The notes beneath the pieces were generated by a model. It was not told the origin of the DNA. It ran no database searches and saw nothing but the letters and a program-made list of their open reading frames with translations. Source: Antedon mediterranea (lineage: Eukaryota > Animalia > Echinodermata). From it: a stretch of DNA of 64,000 bases. Shown in pieces: positions 46,801-57,159 of the stretch (the stretch's first letter is position 1; every line of letters begins with the position of its first letter). A program made the translations under genes and the position numbers. The stretch lies in the NCBI RefSeq assembly GCF_964355755.1, contig NC_092673.1, positions 17,233,648 through 17,297,647 on the forward strand. Reading direction: 5' to 3'.

Positions 46801-49800
46801 CAATAGCCGATTAAAACACTTTTTCGAATGGTGCAAGCGCCAGAAGACCGACCCTATGAAAGTGACTTTGGGCCAGGTCTGCGCTTTCCTACATTACCTG
46901 TTTGAGTCAGGTCTGCAGGTTCGCACCGTATCCGGCTATCGGTCTGCCTTGGCTGCAGTAATTCCGAATTTTAAAGACGGCTCGACCATCTCTTCATCCC
47001 CTGCAATTTCCAGTTTGCTTCGCGGGATGTTTCGAGAACGGCCTCCTACCAAGGCCCTGATTCCACGTTGGGACGTCAATGTCGTCCTAGCCGCTCTTAT
47101 GCGTCCACCCTTCGAGCCCCTGAGTAGGGCATCACTTTACAACCTGACTCTCAAAACTGCCTTTTTGATTGCACTAGCCTCGTGCAAGCGCAGAGGTGAA
47201 CTGCATGCTCTTTCTCTGGAGCCAGGGCACATCAGGTTTGAACGGGGTGGCGCGCGGTTGGTTTTTAGGAAAGATTTCCTTGCAAAATCTCAGACATTGA
47301 ACTTCTCGCCGCCGACTGTGTTTATTCCCACCATTGCTGCATATTCAGGGGTTGAGGAAGACAGACTTTGGTGCCCGGTGCGGGCACTAAAGTTTTACAT
47401 CAAACGCACAGAGTCCATTCGGGTCTCAGCGTCACATCTGTTCATATCGACAGTTGCACCCTTCCGACCGGCTGCTCGGTCGACGCTGGCAAACTGGGTC
47501 GTGGCAGCCATCCGGGCTGGTTACGACTCCACAAATACGCCTCCTCCGGCACATATGCACCAAGTGCGTGGCATAGCCGCTTCATGGGCGCTGTTTGCTG
47601 GGGTGCCCCTTCCAGACATCCTGCAAGCGGCATGGTGGCGATCACAGTCCACCTTCACATCCCACTACCTGTCGGATACCTCCGCAAACCAGTCTACGGT
47701 GGCGGCTTCAATCTTGAAGCCCAGACACTAGGTATGTATGACAATGTTTACCTTGCCTCCCGCCTCCGACTAGACTCTAGTCCGGTGCTACACTGGCTTA
47801 TGTTGGTTTATCCAGGTAAGCTAGGCACGATATAGACTACACAAACCAACAGTGGTGTTGGTAGTCTATGAGTGCCGCTTACCTGGATAAACGCCCTCCC
47901 TACCGTCCCCTCAGGCAGGTGGTCTTGAGAAATGATGACGATGATAAGTGGGTGTGTCTCACTTGAGGGCGTACTGGTGGCGGACTGATCCATTATCCGA
48001 CGGGGGTGGGGAAAAATTAATGTTAATAATGTTCTTCTTTTCGTAATGTTTACCTCTTGTCGGAGAGAGAGGCTTATGTTGGTTTATCCAGGTAAGCGGC
48101 ACTCATAGACTACCAACACCACTGTTGGTTTGTGTATTTTATTAATTTCCTGATATAAAAATAATTGTTTTATTAGTTAATGTTGATACTGTGACACTAA
48201 TGTGACCATTTATAATGATAACAAGTTCAATATAAGTGCATTTATGCAGAAAACTATCTGATAAATTTGAATAATGAGGGTTTGTTGAAGTAAACTGACA
48301 GATACAGCGATATAATATAATTTTGTATTTAAACAGAAGATAAGTAAATATCACCTGCTTGTTTTACAACAGGAATAAGGCTATAAATGTTTGGTTTGGT
48401 GTTTTGATGTAGTACTGCAATATCAGACTGCTACTAGACCAGTGGATGGAAGAATCTTGAAATCCATAGCTGACAATTGTAATTTTTTGGTTACCAACAA
48501 CTTTTTATAAATTCATTTGTGTGAGGTATATATTTTTTTAAAATTTCAGTAGATCTACCTGATTCCCAGTGCTGTATCTGCACATACTATCTATTTCTGA
48601 AGTATCATAGGAATATTTGGTAATACAGCATCACATGTGGTGCCTGTATCGTGTAAGGACGTTAAGGGTTAGGTTACTCTAGATACATGTGAAACACATG
48701 TGATGTTGTATTACAAAATATTCCTGATTCTTCGGAAATCGATACAGATACAGTACCGAGAATCGGCTTGTAGATTAGTGATGTTAATTCTTGTTACAAC
48801 TATACATTATTTGGGCTGCTTTGTGAAATGCGTATTAGACTCAATACTCAAATATGCCTCTTCAAAGTTAGCTTGGATATTGCTCCTACTAGATGTATGT
48901 TGATATAATGTATTAATCCTCAACAAGTAAACAAAAGCTGTTGAGTGATAATGTGTTTGTGTATGTCATGATCTACTGTATAAACACTTTTTAACAGGCC
49001 TACGCAGTTAGTTAAAATATACTGTTTAAATCTAAATGCCCTAAAAAAATTATTTCAGTTAGATATTTTAACAGGAGAGATTTAATGTTTACTATTTTTA
49101 TTTTAAGAGAGGCATAATTGACTTGATTGGTAAATGAAGACGGTGTATTTTTAAAATGGAGAGGTATGGTTTTCAAATTTATTTAAAATACAAATAAACT
49201 AACTTTCAATTATTTGTTGATATTTATTTTACTTTTTAAAATTTAATTTTTATGGTGCTTTTAACAAAGTGTCAAAAAAAAAATATATATAAAAAGACCA
49301 TAGAGATGTATTGTCCTCCAAAAACATGACAAAATGAAGATTAATTAAATCAGACTTTAAATAGGTTATTTTGTAGTTTTAATAAAGTAAATCTCTTCCA
49401 TAGAAAAGAAAAACAAACAAAAAAATGTTTTCACTCACAAAATAAATGTTTAAATTCAACCAAAAACCTATTGGCTGGCTGGCAGCCAATTTGACTGCTT
49501 TTTGGTTTAAATTACAGTTTTTTCAGGTAAATAATGTTTTTTTCTATTCAATTGTGGATAACTATTATGTGACAATAAAATGGCATATTCAACAAAAAAA
49601 TGTTTATAATTATTTTTTCAGGGGGACAATACATCTTTAAGTATGAAAAAAATTCAAATTTAAACATGCAATCAGGCCTGTCATGAACAGTGACATTATC
49701 TGGCATTCATTTGGTCATCTCACTTTCTAGATCACAAGAGATCTTAAGTTGACTTTTTGAAAGTGTAAGTTAGGTTTTCTTACAGTACAGGGCAATTTCT

Positions 49801-52800
49801 ATATTATTTCAATATAGAAATAGGTAATTCCAAACCTTTTAGGATAATATTGAAGTTTATAATTTTCATTTTGACAGGAACAATTTAGAACAAGCTTTGG
49901 TCAGGAATGATTTGGAAACAGTTGAACGACTTTGTAGGACGCAACCAGATCTTGTGAAAACTATCGATGAGGTATAACTAAATATAATCAGACTTTGAAT
50001 AGGCCTTGGCAGTTTTAATAAGTTATTCACTTCCGTAGAAAAAAAAATTATTTCTCTTTTACTAAAAACCATTGTCTGATGGACAATTTGACGATTTGTT
50101 GCTTAAATTACAGTTTTAATTTTTTTTATGATCCAATTTTGGTCAAAGTGATTTGAACATTCTTTTAAATACAATTTTATGAAATTCACATTTTTGCTAT
50201 TACTACTTTTGCTTTTTCATTTTCCCTCTTTCCTTTTCTATATTAAAAAATTTGTATTTAACACTTTCACCGCCAGGCATTCAATACAGGAAGTACCCCT
50301 CACCGCCAGCCATTTTAGATAAATTTACCTGTTTTTCAAAGCTCATAGCAAAGGTGTTTGTAATCAGAATAACATGCAATATACACTCAAATAATGAGAT
50401 AGAAATAAACTTTCCAATGGTACCAAACACTTTATTGAAATAAAACTGCAATACCACATAATTGTACAAAAAACTTGGCTCACTTTTAGCACTTTAGGCT
50501 CAATCGGAGAACAAAGCAGAGATAATGAGGATTTTAGCCTGGCTGCACCGTCTGTCAGTGTCACGATTCTCAACCTATTCTACAAACTAGCCTAGGCCAG
50601 GCTAGCTAAATTATCTCCAATTATTTATTACATTTTATAAACAACATTTAGGTACAAATATACCATCACCATCTGGGGATAATAAATACTCATTTTCAGA
50701 GTCAGAGTCGGCAAATATTTCTGCAATTGCTTCTCCGCCTTGAGCACATTATGTTGTTTACGGATAGGAGGCCAGCTGGGGTCAATGGCACTAGGGGTTA
50801 ATAAAGTATCAACATATTTGCGGTCCAGATCGATTTGGATGTTGAAATTTCTATATGCGGTCCATATATACCTGATCTAACAAATTGTGCAATAAAAAGC
50901 CAAAGACGGAAATTTCCGTCTTTGGCGGTCTGGCGCTGGGCATTGAAAGACGGAGATTTCCGTCTTCAGCGGTGAAAGTGTTAAAGATGTATTGTCCCCC
51001 TGAAAAAAATTATTATTAAAACTTTTTTGTTGAATATGTCATTTTAATGTCACATTAAAATAGTTATCCACTTTGACCAAAAATTAGATTTAAAAAAATA
51101 TATTTACCTGAAATAACTGTAATTAAAGCAAAAAATAGTCAAATTGGCAGCCAGCCAATGGATTTTTGGTTGAATTTAACCATTTATTTTGTCATTTTAT
51201 TTAATAATTTTTTTTTTCTACGGAAGTGATTAACTTGATTAAAAGTACAAAATAACCTATTCAAGTCTGATCTAATTAATCTTCATTTTTCATGTTTTCA
51301 TGTTTCTAAACTTTACTTAAAATGACCTCAGTGATAATAACTGATAATTTATCAATAAAGATGACAAAATTAAGATCATTTACTACAGTACAGTACGTTA
51401 TTTAGTAATTGTTGTATTGACAGAAATCCAATTTCACACAATTTCTGTTTTTATGATTATGATTCCTTTACAGGATGGAAACACTCCACTGTATGTATAT
51501 TTGAGTGATGATCTAATTAACCCTACTTTAGCAATCATAAATTGTCTCTTAAATCATGGTGCATCAGCAACATTGCAAAATAAGGTAATTTACAGAGATT
51601 TTCTATCATTTTCTACCATTTTCTACCATTCTATTTTTTATTTCAATAATGACGATTAGAATTAGAATTGTTTACTAAATTACTGTATTTAGCAGTAATC
51701 GTTACTATATTGACAGAATAAACATCATCTGTTGTCAGTATTATTTATAAACTTCATGATTATGATTCCTTTACAGGATGGAAACACTCCACTGCATGTA
51801 TATCTGAGTGATGATAGACAAATACAACCTACTTTAGAAATAGTGACATCCCTTGTTGCATCAGCAACATTACAAAATAAGGCAATTTATTTTCTTTGAA
51901 TAATGACAAGATTATTTTTTACATTATTTAGCTGTAATGGTTGCAATAATTTCCATTGACAGAAAACAAATTTCACATTATAGCTATTATTATAGTATTT
52001 ATAAACCTCATATATTAATAATGATTTCTTTACAGGATGGGAATACTCCATTACATGTATATCTGAGTGGTGAATTTAATCATACCTTAGAAATAGTGAC
52101 TTGTCTTGTACAGCACAGTACATCAACCACATTGCAAAATAAGGTATTTTAAAATTTTTTGATTTTTTGTCTGTTTTCAGTATTTATAAACTTTATAATT
52201 ATGATTTCTTTACAGGATGGGGACACTCCATTACATGTATATCTGAGTGATGGATTTAATCATACCTTAGGAATAGTGACTTGTCTTGTACAGCAATGTA
52301 CATCAGCAACCATGCAAAATAAGGTAATGTACAGAGATTTAGATCTGTTGTGGTAAACCAGTCTATTGTTTAAAAAATGACAATATTATTTACTAAATTA
52401 CTTATCCAATAATTGTTGTATTTAAAGAGAAACAATTTCGTTCGCTTACCCTCTAGGAGTTCACAAAAACATGACCACGACCCAGGAAATCAGAAACCCG
52501 GGTCAGACCTATGCATATTACATATGATTACTGAATTAGACATTTCATGAGGGGTACCCAACTTATGTACAAAAACCAAAATATAGCGACCTGGGTAGTA
52601 AAGCTAGTTTTATTTTTTGGAAGTAACAGAGTTGAGATGGGTTACAGAAATGCTGTTTAGGACTGTTGTTATGACATCTTGATGACGTCGTAAGAATGTT
52701 AAAATGCAGGTTTTTCTTGAGCATAGTAAAATTAGCGATATTACAGAAAGTATGATTAGGGAAACAGAAACTATAATATTTGGCAGTGTATGAGATTTGA

Positions 52801-55800
52801 GCCTGCTACTGAGAATAAGTACGATGAGACGCGAAATATCATTTATTAATAATTATATCTACTGACCACACACATCATAAGAATATAATTTTAGAAGTTT
52901 TGCAAATTGATAATGTGTTACCTAAAACATAAAATAATAGACTTTATGGTACACAGGAGGGAAAGTCAATGCATCAATCACTGAGTGGTTATGTTATGTG
53001 CAATTTGAATGACTTGCACAATTTGAAATTGCTTATTTTCTTAAGTATTTGATTATCAAAACACATTTTACATATTACAGATGTCTGTTATCAATATTTT
53101 AAAAGTCATGACTATGATTCTTTTACAGGATGGAAACACTCCATTACATGTATATCTGAGTGGTAATTATGACCCTACCTTAGAAATGGTGACATGTCTC
53201 CTAAATCAGGATGCATCAACAACATTGCAAAATAAGGTAATTTATAGGAAATTGTCAGTGTAATAGGCTAACAATCTATATCTTCTACGGTAAACATTCT
53301 CTCCCCCCCCCCCCCCCACTCATTTTATCATAGGCCACAAGAAATTCTATTGTTTCTGATGTTATTCTATAATTTGTTAATGTTATACAATGTTAATTTT
53401 ATGGTTCACATCTCATCAAAAGTTCTCTAAAATGTGTGGCAATTTTGATACCTTTTATACCCCCTTTGCTCATAGGGTGTACAATTTGTATATTTAATTC
53501 TCTGACACATATCATTATCTCTATGATTCATTGTACAAAATTAAATAAATTATTGAGGTGCCCATACACCATATTTGTAGTGGGCCCTTTTAAGCCTCAG
53601 TTGAATTACACAATCAAAAATGGCAACTCCTGTGGCAGGCCATTGCTCAAATAAACTGGATATTTTGTGGAGAACATTTGATATAGTCCACAATATCAAC
53701 TTTCAAAATGTTTACTGCTATTGCAAACAATTCACATAATGTCTGTTGTCATTATTTATAAACTTTATGATTATAATTCCTTTCCAGGATGGAAACACTC
53801 CATTACATGTATATCTGGGTGATAGATATCACCCTACCTTAGAAATGGTGGCTTATCTGAAACAGCATGGTGCACCAGTAACATTGCAAAATAAGGTAAT
53901 GTAAAAAGAATTGTCAGGACAATCAGCTGCGGAAACATTTTTTTTGTTTCGTTGTTTATCAATAATGGCAATTATTATTATATTATTTAGATTTACATAT
54001 GTGAACTTTATTCAATCAATCGTACATTTGTTTAGGTGTCTAGAAAACTCAGATCTCGAATATACCTGAGTTTTCTAGATCTAGAAAACTCGGATATCTG
54101 ACTTTTCTAGTTCCAAAATGGAGTTTTCTAGACACCCCATTTTTTTGGTATTATAATGGTAAACATAATAAAGTGTATTTACAGTGATTTTTACAAAAAA
54201 AAAATTAATTATAAAATATATATAGTGATTATTTACAGTAATGATAATAATAAGAATGAATTTAATTATATTGACTATTATTTTTTTCGGTATTTATTTA
54301 TAATGGTAACCATAATAACGTGTATTTACAGTGATTTTTACTTTTAATAGAAATAGTAAATACTATTCTCGTCTAAATTTAATATTTTGTCCAACGCAGC
54401 CAATGATGCTCTATCAACCAATCACTAGACAGTAAATGTTTGAGCCATGATATGATACTGTATCAATTAAAAAATATTCTGATACTCATTTTTATAGGAA
54501 GGAAATACACCCATCTCTGTTTTGAAAAATAACAAGCAGATACAGGACCCAGAAAAAAATGAAATTTTAAATTTTTTTGAAAGTAAGTGAAGTTTTAATT
54601 ATCAAGATTTTGGGGTAAACCAATTTTCATTGCAAAGGACAGATGTTCAATTTCTTTTTCCAATGCTTTGATAAACTGATTTTGAAAATGTTCTCATACT
54701 GATCATATGATGAGCTCTGTAAAGGTTGTGCATGTGTAAGGTATCCATGCATTGTGCTATTGAAAAACTCTTTAAACTTATAGAGAATCATTGTGAGGAT
54801 GTATGTAATTTAATTATAATTTCTGAACCATGCCTTATGTAGATGTGAATGAATTATGCACATTTACAGGTTTGATAGTTTTCTTCTTTCATTAGCATTG
54901 ACTATAATCACAAATGATACAGTCATTAAAAATACAATTCACGGGGTAGGGGTACAAAAACGGTTTTTAGAGTCAAAGTAATATTGATGGATAATATGGT
55001 GCATAATTAGCAAGCAAGGTGATTGTTTACAACTGGAAATGTTTTGTGATCGATTAGGAGCTACCTGTTTCAGAGCATAGATTTCATTTTTATGAGTTAT
55101 TATAGGGGTCAAAAGGCTAATGATGACCTCTCAATAATTTATTTTGGGATCAATTGCTTACCCTGACCAACCTGTTTCTGTGTATAATCATCAATGCACT
55201 ATGACGAAGAAGAATGTCCAGAATCCAACTACAAAACCAACATAAGGTATATTAGGGACTTTTAGATTTGAGTGAACGTGAACTAAATCCACGTGCGTCC
55301 ACATGGGTCGTAGTCGACTGTTACTCGTCGACAGATATATGAACGCAACCTTTTTTGACTCCGACCCCATGATCCTATTTTGGTAATTCTCGCGACCCAA
55401 CATTGCGTATTTGAGCCACAGACCCCCCCCCCCCCCCATGTTAAGTGACACCTACTGTATAGATGGCCGCAAATGGTACTCTTGCACGTAAAAATCCATA
55501 TAAATGGCACCTCTAGTCCACTATAATAATAGTTGCTCGCAATTGGAAAAAGGATCGTATCCTACTTTTTCCGCCGGTAAAGACATTTGTGTTCAATGCT
55601 AACATCCCGAACCATAAAAAGTCCCCCTCCCCTGGCTAGGAACAACATCGCTATGAGTGTAATTTGAGAGGGACCTGTTTCTATTGAATGTTAATTGTAA
55701 ATGTTCCCACCGCCGGTACATCAAAGGATGCACTTCAGTCAAGTTACACACTCATTGCAAACTACAGAACATAGTGTCATAGAACCAGTTGGTAGATTAT

Positions 55801-57159
55801 TAAATCCACATCCTAATGGGGATTCCCCACTTGTATATTAGCAACAAACTATGCGTCAAAAGCGTCCATTGGCCCGTTGTCGATTCCCAATTGTGTGTAC
55901 GCTACTCGCCTCAACATAGGGAAAAACTGTAGATATGTAAAATATAATTAGCCTTTGTAGATTCTACAAAACTGAGAACATTTCACATCTAGATCAGTTT
56001 ATACTTGCTAAAAAGTTTCAGTATCTGAAACATTCACGATCCATCAATTTGTTTTCGCGACTGAAACATTGGGTCTTGACCCATACTGTAGGTTGCGGAA
56101 CGGCGGTTTAGATTAAGTGGACATTTATGTTGATTACATTAGCTGGCGATAATAACTACATAAGCTGAAAGGCAATTTTTGTTAATACATTAGCTGTTAA
56201 CCATTTGCTGGTAGCTGGTGTTGATTTTGTATTCAAATAATTATTATGATTATTGAGCTGTCGAAAAAAAATTAATAAATCCAATGTGCTTTATAAAAAA
56301 TAATACTATAGAGTTCTTGCACTCGGGTATTAATAGAATATTTCAAAAGTTGTAACTTGAAAGTTTTATACATTACTGTATGTGAATTGAATTGATATTC
56401 TACAGTGAGTGTACTGTATGTAAATGAGATTTCTAGCATACTGTAAAACATGGAAAAGAAGCCCATAGGCTTTTTTAGGACTCCTGGATGGGCGTCTTTT
56501 TAAGATATATGATAATATGATCAGGATGATAATGACATAGAAGTTGGTGATATTGAGGATATTACTCAAAAATTTAGGATTTATAAAACAAAGAATATAA
56601 TAACGTACCTTATTATTATAGGAATAAAATAATTAGAGTGAGTAGGTTTTTGTTGTTGTTGTTTCTAAAAGCTGATAATAGATATAGAAAATATTATTAT
56701 ATTATAATCATATTCAAATAATGATGATTATTAAACAATACTTATAACAATGCTGAATTTATTACTTGAAATTTGAAAATGATTTTGTGGTTTTTCATGA
56801 ATTTTTATTCATAAATCTTAAAACAGTAATTATGATAAGAATGCTATCTACTGAATTTATTACAAGAAATTGGAAATGATTTTGTGGCGTTCCAGGAATT
56901 ATACTGCAAACTTATTCAAATAATGATTATGATTTCAACAATATTTATGATGCTATCTACTGAATTTATTACATTGGAAAATATTGTGGTGTTTTATGAA
57001 TTTATATTCATTATTCATAATCTTAAAAAAACAATTACAATTTCCACAATAATCATGATAACTGTTATACTAAATTGATTGATACTGTTTTTCATTCGTA
57101 TAGATCTCTCAGAGGATGTTGAAGACTTAAGTCACAGACTTAGCCCAATGATGCAATAA
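25860..57159 (+). CDS. Gene 2: ankyrin-only paralogue (Roc-COR-DED exons deleted); may be a pseudogene
   Basis: Putative exon 1 ends at 25908. Candidate start is ATG 49156 (ATG GAG AG|gt) or 25883. Exons 49878-49971, 51474-51584, 51777-51881, 52036-52143, 52216-52323, 53129-53236, 53788-53895, 54498-54582, 57104-57159 splice to one open frame of ~260-300 aa. Confidence 0.65.
25940..26200. repeat. CTAG/TAGGCCTA-rich low-complexity tract at the start of intron 1
   Basis: Dense GGCCTAG/CTAG words; equivalent tract at 59310-59470. Confidence 0.8.
27051..27065. promoter_or_regulatory. CTCF-like motif GCTGCCCTCTAGTGG
   Basis: Matches the reverse complement of the CTCF core consensus; motif match only. 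Confidence 0.3.
28901..31062. mobile_element. Non-autonomous foldback element (Academ-like termini) with ~700-bp TIRs built from 160-bp subrepeats
   Basis: TAT|TAGTCTAGG...CCTAGACTA|TAT; arms 28930-29640 and 30366-31023 are near-perfect inverted copies containing 160-bp AAAATGGCCGCC units. Confidence 0.8.
29921..30352 (+). mobile_element. HINE/Helentron-like non-autonomous element in the foldback spacer
   Basis: Starts TTACCTCCGCTAAGGAG and has internal GTTTGTCTGTTTGTTAGCAGGATTACTCAAAAAG, typical of this class. Confidence 0.5.
35563..36445 (-). mobile_element. 5'-truncated L2/Crack-like LINE inserted in the old DIRS YR gene
   Basis: FYYNGIKNWNSLP..IK...FK motif and a (CAAT)n 3' tail. Confidence 0.8.
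41900..42767. repeat. Degenerate local tandem duplications in gene 2 intron 1
   Basis: Recurrent GTCATTGCATTATCTTT..GTTGAACATTGAAATACAAT..AAGATTATCTGATAACAAATTGTGTA blocks; homologue at 62180-62480. Confidence 0.7.
43262..44791 (+). CDS. DIRS ORF1, Gag-like protein with N-terminal Cys/His cluster
   Basis: 509 aa; CxxC...HxxCxxC...CxxC; basic, Pro-rich C terminus; first ORF position. Confidence 0.85.
   Translation: MPKQECVKCRGPRSTVKWDRHLECIHCRTCTELSPCDVCVRWTPSKFKSLPKPKERTEAVPPPEVGTADTAGPPAVAPEVSLPDMPAPAAASAVPGVNEISPGLLQAIVAAVRALPRDEPEVPSQIRPPPHIPYIDVGPQQTSFFDGSSVRQRDYDSDRTMASLSDDDRDSLREQAGPGEEGLQALVMRTVPAVLSFLGVDFTYREPKHTPSSKRFSTFGVRTPFKKVSSCPVTPLDPELVERVELIAKESKIRRPMPYSLSSAFPVPQKQFELYIAAPSVPEAAKERVREDQNLDPSRTNFLKPSESRTEDVLTSVDRAARETLRAASMAGYLLSFLADPEHPPQGDSDVIALLQQIMGLVVDQQATISLSAAAARRVNVLGATDIAPTDFRRFTTSDSFGAQDLFFGSFSQKEDKWAREREARRETRARFPQKRRASNSRSRTAARPPPVPAAPQQMQPPPPPPAQPMQSQASTSRQASHPPRGMRNRGAKGATNRSGRRYYNVKRR
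44832..46814 (+). CDS. DIRS ORF2: reverse transcriptase - RNase H - Dam-like methyltransferase
   Basis: WRPILNLK, IDLKDAYFHVPI, LPFGLSTAPRVFT, YLDD, TDAS, HINLLEL, DNTT, DLFA, YAFPP. Confidence 0.96.
   Translation: MGGRLKRFSRVWETLTTDRWVLSTVTHGYRIEFSSPPVSGGARHTRIPSEPEKSQALMTGLEALLQKGAVVHVRKEQLTIPGHESTVFLAQKKSGDWRPILNLKSLNKRYIRPRRFRMETVSSILLGLRRGDWAATIDLKDAYFHVPIAQEHQSWLRFRIHDQVYQFVALPFGLSTAPRVFTRLVRTLAAFFHQHGIRVFMYLDDWLIVAQSRDQLLSSLSFVRLVTEQAGFIINEEKSCLLPSQNPLYLGAQINLVTGRACPSIERVAKARTAVLHLINAQAPTAYDWLRTLGSLASFVALVPFCRLRMRPLHLHLLAAYRPRSDSLHKVVPTNAFIISHLEWWLVEDRLLVGTPIQRSIPDVRVETDASEVGWGGHIPSPDIRVSGLWSPEETRAHINLLELWAVERSLEALLPHLANRHVLVNSDNTTVVAYINRQGGTRSPTLCCHTWTLLMWCIRHNIQLSAAHIAGRLNIVADALSRPLLRPTEWRLLPIIATQIFNHFGRPHVDLFATSGNTQLPTFCSRYRDAHAWAVDALSIPWDNLWAYAFPPISILPLVLTHIQRHQCRVLLIAPYWPRQPWFPLLLGLLYDQPLRLPIRNDLLTQGRARFALPNLISLDLTVWPLSGIVSETQAFQMVRPPSRRNPDGNPLLLSTIAD
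44864..47731 (+). CDS. DIRS ORF3: tyrosine recombinase with a long N-terminal extension overlapping ORF2
   Basis: Catalytic set RRGELHAL, LAK, CPVRAL, HQVR, AAWW, FTSHY in the C-terminal ~330 aa. Confidence 0.93.
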   Translation: MGDPDHRQMGSLHRDTRVSYRILEPSGERRCPAHEDSVRAGKESSAHDGPRSTTPERSCGACSKGTTYDPGTRVHRFPRPEKIGRLATHPKPQKSEQAVHPAPQVQDGDCLIYPVGAKTRGLGSHNRLERRVLSRAYCARTPELAALPHSRSGIPIRSSAVRPLNGPTSVYSSSENPGGVLSSTRHQSVHVLRRLVDRGPVQGPAAEQLIFCPPRDGTSRVHNKRGEVMSSPFSEPSVSRSPNKFGYGPCVPIHRACGQGKNCSATSYQCSGSDGVRLATHLGVTGQLRRPRSVLPVKDAASTSAPSGSIPPKIRLSTQSGSNECVHYLASRMVARGRQVTCGHTYTKVNSGCPCGNGRIRSRLGRSHTVSGHSRLRPLVARGDARPHQPARTLGSRALIGGSSSPSGKSPCSRQFRQHNRRGIHKQARGYTVPHAMLPHVDVANVVYKTQHPTVSGPHCGSSEHSGGRTVPSTSTSYGMASSSNNRHPDLQPLWAAPCRSVCDVRQHAAPDVLQSISGCTCVGGGCPVHTMGQPLGICLSTDFNTATGPDAHSAPSMPSPTNSAVLAQAAVVSTASGPSVRSAVTSSDSERLADAGPSSVCSTEPHIPRPDCMAIVRDRFRDSGIPDGPAALAAKSRRESTLAVYNSRLKHFFEWCKRQKTDPMKVTLGQVCAFLHYLFESGLQVRTVSGYRSALAAVIPNFKDGSTISSSPAISSLLRGMFRERPPTKALIPRWDVNVVLAALMRPPFEPLSRASLYNLTLKTAFLIALASCKRRGELHALSLEPGHIRFERGGARLVFRKDFLAKSQTLNFSPPTVFIPTIAAYSGVEEDRLWCPVRALKFYIKRTESIRVSASHLFISTVAPFRPAARSTLANWVVAAIRAGYDSTNTPPPAHMHQVRGIAASWALFAGVPLPDILQAAWWRSQSTFTSHYLSDTSANQSTVAASILKPRH
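49304..49636. mobile_element. Kolobok-like MITE copy
   Basis: AGATGTATTGTCC...GGGGACAATACATCT|TTAA. Confidence 0.7.
49878..49971 (+). CDS. Gene 2 ankyrin N-cap exon NNLEQALVRNDLETVERLCRTQPDLVKTIDE
   Basis: gacag|G...GAG|gt, phase 2-0, reads directly into DGNTPL. Confidence 0.75.
50262..50980. mobile_element. piggyBac-like MITE
   Basis: TTAA|CACTTTCACCGC ... GCGGTGAAAGTG|TTAA; abuts a Kolobok-like MITE at 50985-51305. Confidence 0.8.
51474..53895 (+). CDS. Gene 2 six ankyrin-repeat exons
   Basis: DG(N/D)TPL(H/Y)VYL...QNK exons at 51474, 51777, 52036, 52216, 53129, 53788; all phase 0-0 and stop-free. Confidence 0.85.
54035..54136. repeat. Short palindromic element (MITE remnant)
   Basis: GGTGTCTAGAAAACTC ... 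GAGTTTTCTAGACACC with internal copies of the same motif. Confidence 0.7.
54498..54582 (+). CDS. Gene 2 ankyrin C-cap exon EGNTPISVLKNNKQIQDPEKNEILNFFE
   Basis: Paralogous to 2068-2152, same length and phase. Confidence 0.85.

Larger units (their letters stand above)
42768..48136 (+). mobile_element. Intact full-length DIRS1-type retrotransposon
   Basis: ITRs 42786-42955 / 47928-48097; ICR 47797-47892 complementary to both ends; three uninterrupted ORFs; much more GC-rich than the flanks. Confidence 0.97.

Noticed and set aside
44864-47731. Domesticated tyrosine recombinase driving ankyrin cassette shuffling
   Set aside because: It is part of a complete, recent selfish element, and no DIRS-like recombination sites are visible in the cassette introns. 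Proximity alone is not evidence.
43252-47993. Numerous short and antisense ORFs within the young DIRS
   Set aside because: Expected in GC-rich sequence; no recognisable motifs beyond the three canonical ORFs.
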